A stretch of DNA of 55,019 bases from a virus. Taxonomy: Duplodnaviria > Caudoviricetes. The position numbers and the translations under genes are program-made. Below the pieces are notes generated by a model. The model made no database searches. It was not told the DNA's origin and worked only from the letters and a program-made list of their open reading frames with translations. The stretch spans positions 1 to 55,019 of the IMG/VR virus record IMGVR_UViG_3300046323_000133; one strand, written 5' to 3'. Numbering within the stretch: position 1 is the first letter of the stretch; every line of letters starts with the position of its first letter. Shown one piece after another: positions 8,509 to 15,041 of the stretch.

Positions 8509-8835
8509 TTAGTGTAAGTATGTATCGTACTCAGACGCCTTGTCAAGTTCTTCTAAGAATTCAGGGTCTGCATGTTTAGCTAAAAGCTTTTCTGCATTGT
8601 CTGAGAAAAAGTTGTCGATAGCGTCGTTAGCGGCTTCTATCATTTTAGCCTGTTGGTCGTGTGAGTAGTTACGCATATCTATTTCAAAGTCCATGCCAGA
8701 TTCGTCAATGCCTATTAGTCTTATATCATTAGCGATGAAGTCGTAGTCGGGACCTGGTAACTGTTCGACTTCTACTGTAAAATCTACAAAGGTGTCTGCG
8801 TCTATTTGTACTGAGTATGTTGTTTCGTCGTTCAT
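8509..8835 (-). CDS. Acidic hypothetical protein
   Basis: 108 aa, very Asp/Glu-rich, strong AAGGAG RBS. Confidence 0.7.
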   Translation of the reverse strand: MNDETTYSVQIDADTFVDFTVEVEQLPGPDYDFIANDIRLIGIDESGMDFEIDMRNYSHDQQAKMIEAANDAIDNFFSDNAEKLLAKHADPEFLEELDKASEYDTYLH

Positions 8836-8840
8836 AATCT

Positions 8841-8861
8841 CTCCTTGGTTAAAGGTACATA
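8841..8861 (-). repeat. 21-bp inverted repeat, left arm (contains the RBS of 8509..8835)
   Basis: Reverse complement TATGTACCTTTAACCAAGGAG is identical to 10621-10641. Confidence 0.9.
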
Positions 8862-8865
8862 AAGA

Positions 8866-8891
8866 AGGACTCAGACCTTGAGTCTTTTATT
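8866..8891. terminator. Hairpin; possible bidirectional terminator or attenuator
   Basis: GACTCA-GACCT-TGAGTC flanked by AAAGAAG and TTTTATT. Confidence 0.5.
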
Positions 8892-8967
8892 CATCCATGT
8901 TTATTAGTAGGCTAGCAGTAAAAATATTATTAGAATAATTATCATTGTCATGTTATATTTGTTATAT

Positions 8968-8984
8968 TGCATAGTTTGTGCCTG
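8968..8984 (-). promoter_or_regulatory. sigma54-type promoter
   Basis: CAGGCACAAACTATGCA (GG-N10-GC). Confidence 0.65.
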
Positions 8985-9105
8985 GGTTTTAGAGGCTATA
9001 AAGGACTTGAAGTACAGTAAGCGTTTAAGCTTTAAACACCTGTTAGCGTAAAATGTCACTTTTAGTTCTTAAAAAGCTACGTATTGTGTTGAGACGCTTA
9101 AGGTC

Positions 9106-9122
9106 TTGGCCTGTACTTTGCA
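9106..9122 (+). promoter_or_regulatory. sigma54-type motif, antisense to the local genes
   Basis: TTGGCCTGTACTTTGCA (GG-N10-GC). Confidence 0.5.
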
Positions 9123-9214
9123 TAATTAAATGGTGTGCCAGGTTTAAAAGACTAAACGTACCACAATGTAGTACAATCGTACCAAAGTTGTGAACGTAAG
9201 CGTACGCGACAGCG

Positions 9215-9231
9215 TGCAAGAAGTGTGCCTA
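9215..9231 (-). promoter_or_regulatory. sigma54-type promoter
   Basis: TAGGCACACTTCTTGCA, near consensus. Confidence 0.7.
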
Positions 9232-9254
9232 TTTACTAGCAGGTCTTTAAAGCT

Positions 9255-9271
9255 TGCAAGTTTAATGCCAG
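9255..9271 (-). promoter_or_regulatory. sigma54-type promoter
   Basis: CTGGCATTAAACTTGCA, near consensus. Confidence 0.7.
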
Positions 9272-9272
9272 T

Positions 9273-9974
9273 CTAATACTTCGCTTCTTTGTGTTTTAAA
9301 TTAACTGATAGTCCTAGGGGGCCTAACACGCTATTATAATACTCATGAGTACCTTTACAGTCTAAGCCTAGTAGGCCAAAGATTTCTAAGTCTTTAGGGC
9401 GTAGTTCGCCTTGAGGGCTTGTAACGTGCCAAAGCCAGCAGTGGTTTAGGATGCGTCTAATCTTGTTGTACGCCCAGTAATGGGACTTATAGAGCTGTAA
9501 CGGCTTAAAAGCGTTAGGTATTTCTACATTAGGATACAGTTTACAGAAGGCGGCTAAATCTCCAGTGTTCGCAAGGGCTGATATATCTCTGTATTCTGCT
9601 TGTTCTATGTAGCAGTTTAATAAAAATAAACAGTTAGTGTACGACTTACCGTACTTGTGCCTAGCTGCTCTTGAATTCATGTAGTAATTTATATAGGTTT
9701 GAACGTAACTGATAGCCTCTGAAGGGTCGTGCTGGTACTCAAAGGACTTAAAGTTCTTAGTGCCACGTAAAAAAGGCGAAGAAAGTCCAGGCAGACAGTC
9801 CGAAAAGGACTCAATGTCAGCATGTCCCGATTTTTGCAATTTAAGTTGCCACTCACGAAATATCTTATTAACTTGCTCAAGTGTGTATCCAGGGGGTATG
9901 TAGTACCCAGCGCCTTCATAGTGCGTTCTAGCTCCTGAAACGGTCGAATTAGGTTGTTTTTGTCTTTTAGCCAT
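9273..9974 (-). CDS. Hypothetical protein, possible regulator; probably leaderless
   Basis: 233 aa; sigma70 promoter ends 6 nt before the ATG; no SD sequence. Confidence 0.7.
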   Translation of the reverse strand: MAKRQKQPNSTVSGARTHYEGAGYYIPPGYTLEQVNKIFREWQLKLQKSGHADIESFSDCLPGLSSPFLRGTKNFKSFEYQHDPSEAISYVQTYINYYMNSRAARHKYGKSYTNCLFLLNCYIEQAEYRDISALANTGDLAAFCKLYPNVEIPNAFKPLQLYKSHYWAYNKIRRILNHCWLWHVTSPQGELRPKDLEIFGLLGLDCKGTHEYYNSVLGPLGLSVNLKHKEAKY

Positions 9975-9980
9975 GTAGTA

Positions 9981-10009
9981 AGCATAGCAGCTGTATATTT
10001 GATAGTCAA
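9981..10009 (-). promoter_or_regulatory. sigma70-type promoter
   Basis: TTGACT-17-TATGCT with extended -10 TG. Confidence 0.65.
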
Positions 10010-10012
10010 GTG

Positions 10013-10192
10013 TTAATTAAATAGTTCTGCTCTATCTATTAATAATCTAGCTAAATCTTGGTTGATTTGAACTACTTTCTGGTTTAATTTAGTATATAGT
10101 CTATTATGAACTATATACACTTTTAGTCCATATCTATTATAGATAAGTCCTTTATCATATTTTTTAAACTTATAGCTGTAATTAAATAACAT
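10013..10192 (-). CDS. Small hypothetical protein (59 aa, below track cutoff)
   Basis: MLFNYSYKFKKYDKGL...AELFN; TAATG coupling to the upstream ORF. Confidence 0.55.
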   Translation of the reverse strand: MLFNYSYKFKKYDKGLIYNRYGLKVYIVHNRLYTKLNQKVVQINQDLARLLIDRAELFN

Positions 10193-10356
10193 TATGCAGC
10201 CTTTATATTATTTAATTGAGCTGTTAATAACTCTATAATCAAATCTTTAATATTAGCTCTTTGGTTTAGTAGTTCTAGTCTTTCAACATTGTTATCACAT
10301 TTCAACAGTAACTGGGCATTTATACTTAACTCTCTTTGTAAGATAACTATGCACAT
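10192..10356 (-). CDS. Small hypothetical protein (54 aa, below track cutoff)
   Basis: AAAGGAG RBS; MCIVILQRELS...NIKAA. Confidence 0.55.
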   Translation of the reverse strand: MCIVILQRELSINAQLLLKCDNNVERLELLNQRANIKDLIIELLTAQLNNIKAA

Positions 10357-10450
10357 GCTAACTCCTTTATAAGCTATACATTAACTGAGTGGTTATCTAG
10401 TCTGGAAAGAAAAGTATCGACTCAATTGTTGTATATTATATATATATAGC

Positions 10451-10467
10451 TGCAATAGCTTTGCCAG
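10451..10467 (-). promoter_or_regulatory. sigma54-type promoter heading the leftward arm
   Basis: CTGGCAAAGCTATTGCA. Confidence 0.7.
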
Positions 10468-10586
10468 GTTATGAGCAGTATATGCCATTTAACAGCTTAA
10501 ACCAGTAAACAGTAACAATTTACGGCACACAGCGGTTAAAGCTTATACATGTAAGGACTGTCTAAAGGTCTAGGTTGCTGATGAAG

Positions 10587-10603
10587 TAGGTATGTAGTGT
10601 GCA
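10587..10603 (+). promoter_or_regulatory. sigma54-type promoter heading the rightward arm
   Basis: TAGGTATGTAGTGTGCA (GG-N10-GC), 45 nt before ATG 10647. Confidence 0.55.
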
Positions 10604-10620
10604 ATAGTATTAATAGAGAC

Positions 10621-10641
10621 TATGTACCTTTAACCAAGGAG
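10621..10641 (+). repeat. 21-bp inverted repeat, right arm (contains the RBS of the SLT gene)
   Basis: TATGTACCTTTAACCAAGGAG. Confidence 0.9.
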
Positions 10642-10646
10642 TTCAC

Positions 10647-11195
10647 ATGAAAAGACTTATATTAGCTGCTTTTACAATATGGATATTAATAGTTATTATA
10701 GTATTAGACAAGGTTAACGAGACTTCTAAACTTGGGCCTATTAAAGACTATGTAGAAACTGTCAATGGAGACGGAACTGGTTCTATAGAATTTATAGATA
10801 AGGTAGCTCCAAAGTACAAGCTATTAAACAGATATATAGATGAGGCGGCTATAAAGCATAATGTAGACCCTAGCTTGCTTAACTGTATATTCCATGTAGA
10901 ATCTACGCATACTTTAGATGCTGTAAGTAAAACTGGAGACTATGGTATTGGTCAAATAAATATACGCTCTTGGAAGAAGTTTAGTCCAGATAGGCTATTA
11001 ACAGACCTCCAGTACTCCATAAACGCTTCAGCAGAGGTTCTAAGTTTCTATAAACAATTAGCAGCACAAGACGAGCCAACAACATGGCCTTGTCGCTATA
11101 ACGTTGGAGGCGCTTCATTAACTAAAGGAACTGTTGGGGCGCGCTGCGTCCATTACATGTCCAAATTGAACAGTTGTTTGCAATCTAAAAACTAA
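10647..11195 (+). CDS. Lytic transglycosylase (SLT domain) with N-terminal membrane anchor
   Basis: IDEAAIKHNVDPSLL..IFHVES, GDYGIGQIN, RYN motifs; hydrophobic residues 4-21. Confidence 0.85.
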   Translation: MKRLILAAFTIWILIVIIVLDKVNETSKLGPIKDYVETVNGDGTGSIEFIDKVAPKYKLLNRYIDEAAIKHNVDPSLLNCIFHVESTHTLDAVSKTGDYGIGQINIRSWKKFSPDRLLTDLQYSINASAEVLSFYKQLAAQDEPTTWPCRYNVGGASLTKGTVGARCVHYMSKLNSCLQSKN

Positions 11196-11196
11196 T

Positions 11197-11628
11197 TGTG
11201 CCGGACCTACTGGCGCAGTGTGCCACTTTAAAAAACGAAGTGGCGCACCACTATCCTTAATGATATCATATACTTGGAAGCCCGTGCGCCAGTGTGCCAC
11301 TAAAAAGACACTTCAGACGCCATTTTCGTATATGGCTATGTGCCCAAATCTACCACAATAGAACTGACACTCAGCTCGCATATACTCGTTTTAAGAAAAA
11401 ATATTTTCCGGATTGTCAAAACACTGGCACACTGGCACACTTTGATTATAACTGTTATATAATATATAAAAGAGAATATAGAAGACTTAATAGTACTAAA
11501 AGTCCTAAATACCTAATATTGTTAACTAAATACCAAATTACTAAAAGTGGCGCAATAGTGGCGCACGGACTGGCACACTGGCACACGGAAGGGCTTAAAG
11601 TGCGCCAGCGACTCCAAATAGTGTGCCG
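11197..11628. repeat. TGGCRCA heptamer array around an AT-rich core; candidate replication origin or regulatory array
   Basis: 12 perfect copies at 11211, 11219, 11241, 11285, 11293, 11425, 11433, 11548, 11559, 11571, 11579 and 11601, plus 3 near copies, in both orientations; AT-rich segment 11441-11546. Confidence 0.85.
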
Positions 11629-11731
11629 GTCCATTAGTTTAGTGCGACAATAAAATAGTGACGTTTTAGGCTGACACTCGACTACTTCTTAAACAGTTTA
11701 CCCGACCCAAATAGAGTATAAATGAACTAAA

Positions 11732-11748
11732 CTGGCCTGCAAAGTGCA
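11732..11748 (+). promoter_or_regulatory. sigma54-type promoter
   Basis: CTGGCCTGCAAAGTGCA upstream of the 11860 operon. Confidence 0.6.
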
Positions 11749-11859
11749 TCAAGTCTTATACTTACTTAAACACTGCATAAACTTTACTTATGTTAAGTAT
11801 TAAAGAAGCTTAATCGGGTCTACAAAGATTAACCGATTTACAAACTAAAAAGGACTAAC

Positions 11860-12081
11860 ATGATTACAAAACAGTTCTACATCAATCAGTTCACAGGTTA
11901 CGCACAAGAAGTAACTGGGTTGTCCTTAGACGAGTTGGAGTCCTTAGTTGGCCGTTACAAGCGTAATAGTATCAGAGAAGGACAATTGAGAGGCGAGCTG
12001 CTTATTTTTGTGGACAATTCAATTAAAATCCGTCATGCTTTTACTAAGAAAGTCCTTTGGACAGGAGAGATTTATGAGTAA
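11860..12081 (+). CDS. Hypothetical protein
   Basis: AAGGA RBS. Confidence 0.65.
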   Translation: MITKQFYINQFTGYAQEVTGLSLDELESLVGRYKRNSIREGQLRGELLIFVDNSIKIRHAFTKKVLWTGEIYE

Positions 12082-12451
12082 TTTAAAGCAACCTAAATTT
12101 AAATTTGGCGATAAACTAATCCTACCTGAAAGCAGAAGAGGGCCTCCACATAACTCTTTACCCTATTTTGAAGTGCTCAATATAAAATATGCTGATATAT
12201 TTGATGCATATGTGTACATAGGAATTGATAATCGCAACTATATATATGAATCAGATGCAGAACTATTTGTAGAGCCGCCCCGTACTAAAAAAGTCTACCA
12301 GTTTATTTACAAAACAGATGGACGGCCTCCTTTAATGGGGGATAGACTATGCGACAATCAAGAACAATTTAGAGAATACTTGCTTGAGTTTAATAACGTA
12401 TCTACTATAGAATATATTGAAATTGCAAACACTTTTGAAGTACCGGAGTAG
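12074..12451 (+). CDS. Hypothetical protein
   Basis: Start adjusted to ATG 12074 (AGGAG RBS). Confidence 0.65.
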   Translation: MSNLKQPKFKFGDKLILPESRRGPPHNSLPYFEVLNIKYADIFDAYVYIGIDNRNYIYESDAELFVEPPRTKKVYQFIYKTDGRPPLMGDRLCDNQEQFREYLLEFNNVSTIEYIEIANTFEVPE

Positions 12452-12453
12452 GT

Positions 12454-12711
12454 ATGCAAGACTCTATTCATCAACAAAACGAAGAGTTGAAACTCTTAAG
12501 AAAGTATATAGCTAGCCTAGAAACAAGAATTACTATACTACTAGAAGGATTAGATAATGTATATAAAGAAACACACAAAGCCCGACTAGCCTTCATCGAA
12601 CCTATAGCTAAAGAGGATTGTAAGCATGAGCCAATCGAAAGCGTAATGATAGGACACATTTGCATGTACTGCGGAGTTAAACTGCAAGCCACATGGACGG
12701 AGAAGAAATGA
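12454..12711 (+). CDS. Coiled-coil and Zn-ribbon-like hypothetical protein
   Basis: CKHE...CMYCG. Confidence 0.6.
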   Translation: MQDSIHQQNEELKLLRKYIASLETRITILLEGLDNVYKETHKARLAFIEPIAKEDCKHEPIESVMIGHICMYCGVKLQATWTEKK

Positions 12712-13073
12712 TTAAAGCAAAAGAGCTTTGGGTAACAACAGACTTAACAGAAGTTGCATTTTCTGATGGAAAAAAAGCAGGATTAGCTTTCATTGAAAAA
12801 CACGAAGACGAGGACTGTTTTAAAGTCATTGAATTTTCGGCTTATGAACAGCTTAAAGATGAGCACGAAAAAATACTTGCTGAGAATATGTATGGGCTTA
12901 TTAATCAAATTAAACTTAGGGATGTTGAACTTGAAAAGCTTAAAAAGGATAATGAAATACTTATTGAGACTCTGAAGGAATACAAAGGAATCAAAGTTAA
13001 GAAATACAAAATGTTTCCTGATGAGCTTTTTGATTTAGCAGATGAAGCGTTAAATAAAATAGGTGAGTCGTGA
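12708..13073 (+). CDS. Hypothetical protein
   Basis: ATGA overlap, GGAG RBS. Confidence 0.6.
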   Translation: MIKAKELWVTTDLTEVAFSDGKKAGLAFIEKHEDEDCFKVIEFSAYEQLKDEHEKILAENMYGLINQIKLRDVELEKLKKDNEILIETLKEYKGIKVKKYKMFPDELFDLADEALNKIGES

Positions 13074-13206
13074 AAGTAAAAGATTGGTTATTGCTTCCAT
13101 TCATGAATCCTTTATTTTTTATTATTACTTTTCTTTTAATATGTATTTTATTTAGATTGGATATTTTTAATGAGACGCTTTAAAAACAAAATAGGAGTTA
13201 TATAAC

Positions 13207-13398
13207 ATGAAAGTATACATAGTACATTTAGAAACAGAAGATTACGATGATTATTATAGAGTTTTTAAAAACAAACCTACTGCTAAACAAATATCAAGTT
13301 TTAAGAAAGAAGTATATAAAAAATACTATTCGTCCGAATCGGAAGATGGCTTACTATACATTAAAAATATATTAGAAGAAGAAGTTGTGGAGAACTAG
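13207..13398 (+). CDS. Hypothetical protein
   Basis: AGGAG RBS. Confidence 0.6.
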   Translation: MKVYIVHLETEDYDDYYRVFKNKPTAKQISSFKKEVYKKYYSSESEDGLLYIKNILEEEVVEN

Positions 13399-13401
13399 TA
13401 C

Positions 13402-13605
13402 ATGCAAACAATAATCCTCCTTCTAGCACTAAAAGGTACTACCACCTTCAATAAAATGGACATAGCCTGCAAAGACATTACGGCTACTTGGTCCTCCTCC
13501 ACTCAACATGGCATACGTACTGGTAATACTGAGTACACTAGCATCTTTGACACATATGAAGCTTTGATGTCCGAGTTAAAAAAACATTGTCCAAGGTACT
13601 TTTAA
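13402..13605 (+). CDS. Hypothetical protein
   Basis: GGAG RBS. Confidence 0.55.
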   Translation: MQTIILLLALKGTTTFNKMDIACKDITATWSSSTQHGIRTGNTEYTSIFDTYEALMSELKKHCPRYF

Positions 13606-13625
13606 TCTATAAACAAGGAGCACAC

Positions 13626-13772
13626 ATGAGCCGCTACTTATTTTTCTCAATAATACTCGCAATTTGTTCTTTTATGTATTACAATACAGGAACCAGCAAT
13701 GGTGGATTTTTAGGATTACTCATATTTACCAGCCTAGCTGGCATATTAGAGCATATTTTTGAGTACACTTAA
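13626..13772 (+). CDS. Small two-TM membrane protein
   Basis: AAGGAG RBS; two hydrophobic segments. Confidence 0.55.
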   Translation: MSRYLFFSIILAICSFMYYNTGTSNGGFLGLLIFTSLAGILEHIFEYT

Positions 13773-13813
13773 TACTATTTGGACCGGCGTAAAATTTTAA
13801 AAAGGAATAAGGA

Positions 13814-14050
13814 ATGAATGATTTTTTAGCTGTAGCCTACATGTTTATTCAAATTGCTGGCACATGTGCTATTACGCACTACTGGCACGACGTCAGAAAA
13901 GACAGAAAGACCATCTCAATTTTAGACATTTTTATAATACTATTATTTCCACTAGTTCCGTTAGTTATGTTAGTACTATTTATAGGTATTATAATATTTA
14001 AAATATGTAAACCAGTATTAGATATAGAACTGTTTAAGCTTGACAAGTAA
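13814..14050 (+). CDS. Small membrane protein
   Basis: Long hydrophobic stretch; AAGGA RBS. Confidence 0.6.
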   Translation: MNDFLAVAYMFIQIAGTCAITHYWHDVRKDRKTISILDIFIILLFPLVPLVMLVLFIGIIIFKICKPVLDIELFKLDK

Positions 14051-14068
14051 AGTAAACTGTGGTATGAT
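14040..14068 (+). promoter_or_regulatory. sigma70-type promoter
   Basis: TTGACA-17-TATGAT with extended -10 TG. Confidence 0.7.
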
Positions 14069-14102
14069 AAATACCGGCTTACATTTTAAAAAAGAAAGAA
14101 AC

Positions 14103-14327
14103 ATGATTAAATTTATAATACTAACAGCACTAACAGCTTTACTACTACTATCAGGCAATTTACGAGCTTCAAATCTCGGATGTATCATAGAAGACCGCAT
14201 ATTATACACTGTAACCGAGAACGATGGAAACATAGTTGTGGCGCGCAATAAAGACAGTAAGAACATAGAATTGGTTATAATTAGACAGTTAAAAGACGTC
14301 TTAATAATAGACTGCTTAGCAAAGTAA
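14103..14327 (+). CDS. Small exported protein
   Basis: MIKFIILTALTALLLLSGNLRA signal peptide; flanked by its own promoter and terminator. Confidence 0.6.
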   Translation: MIKFIILTALTALLLLSGNLRASNLGCIIEDRILYTVTENDGNIVVARNKDSKNIELVIIRQLKDVLIIDCLAK

Positions 14328-14363
14328 CAATTTACGCTAACATTTGACTGAAACTTACACACT

Positions 14364-14386
14364 AACGGACCCTCAAGTCCGTTTTT
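14364..14386 (+). terminator. Rho-independent terminator
   Basis: AACGGAC-CCTCAA-GTCCGTT-TTT. Confidence 0.7.
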
Positions 14387-14396
14387 AGCGTTTTAA

Positions 14397-14416
14397 GACC
14401 GGCATAAAGTCTGCAA
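14397..14416 (+). promoter_or_regulatory. sigma54-type promoter for the replication operon
   Basis: GACCGGCATAAAGTCTGCAA; predicted +1 near 14426, GGAGG at 14430, ATG at 14439. Confidence 0.75.
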
Positions 14417-14438
14417 TAATTTAAAATATGGAGGACAT

Positions 14439-15041
14439 ATGATTATAAATGCCACTTTAATAAGTTCACTAAATGCTTGTTCAGACCGATATGATAATTA
14501 CGTATTACATTATGGTACAACAGACTATGACGTCGATACTTTTTTAGACTTAGACAATATTACTTATCAAGATAAAATATGGGTGTTAAGACGCATTATG
14601 AACGCCACACAAGCTAGAATTTTTGCAATTCTATGTGCGGATAGCGTTTTGCCTATTTTTGAATCTAAGTATCCTAATGATTACAGAGTAAGAAACTGTC
14701 TTAACTTCTTAAAATCTATAAAAGATTTAGGAAACTTAACAGAAGAAGAAAAGACTGAGCTAAAATTTCAAAGAAAAGCTGCTGCTGCTACTTACTCTGC
14801 TGATGCTGCTACTTACTCTGCTGCTGCTGCTTATGCTGATGCTGCTACTTACTCTGCTGCTGCTGCTGCTACTTACTCTGCTGCTGATGCTGCTACTTAC
14901 TCTGCTGCTGCTGCTGCTACTTACTCTGCTGCTGCTGCTGCTACTTACTCTGCTGCTGCTGCTTATGCTGCTTATGCTGATGCTAAAATACAGCAACAAA
15001 ATTTAAACTTAGAATACTTAAAACAAGCAATGAGTATTTAA
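14439..15041 (+). CDS. Imm5-like protein with Ala-rich tandem repeats
   Basis: FAILCADSVLPIFESKYPNDYRVRNCL followed by AAATYSAA repeats. Confidence 0.65.
   Translation: MIINATLISSLNACSDRYDNYVLHYGTTDYDVDTFLDLDNITYQDKIWVLRRIMNATQARIFAILCADSVLPIFESKYPNDYRVRNCLNFLKSIKDLGNLTEEEKTELKFQRKAAAATYSADAATYSAAAAYADAATYSAAAAATYSAADAATYSAAAAATYSAAAAATYSAAAAYAAYADAKIQQQNLNLEYLKQAMSI
14778..14984. repeat. Low-complexity tandem repeat: GCT runs with ACTTACTCT or TATGCT spacers
   Basis: Seven GCTACTTACTCTGCT units separated by variable GCT/GAT triplets. Confidence 0.9.

Noticed and set aside
9119-9141. TGGCAC at 9135-9140 (-) as a sigma54 promoter; likewise the GGCA sites near 10482, 10523 and 13858
   Set aside because: No GC at the required 10-nt spacing
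9689-10009. 106-aa overlapping ORF
   Set aside because: Its TTG start is the -35 box of the promoter for 9273..9974, and it overlaps that gene out of frame
11197-11628. CRISPR array
   Set aside because: Units are 7-8 bp, in both orientations and irregularly spaced; there is no repeat-spacer periodicity and no cas gene
11294-11653. 119-aa ORF (and 11118..11300)
   Set aside because: GTG start without an RBS; the peptide (LAHWH, LAH) is a by-product of the DNA repeats
14760-15006. Poly-Ser and poly-Leu ORFs
   Set aside because: Alternative frames of the GCT repeat within 14439..15041
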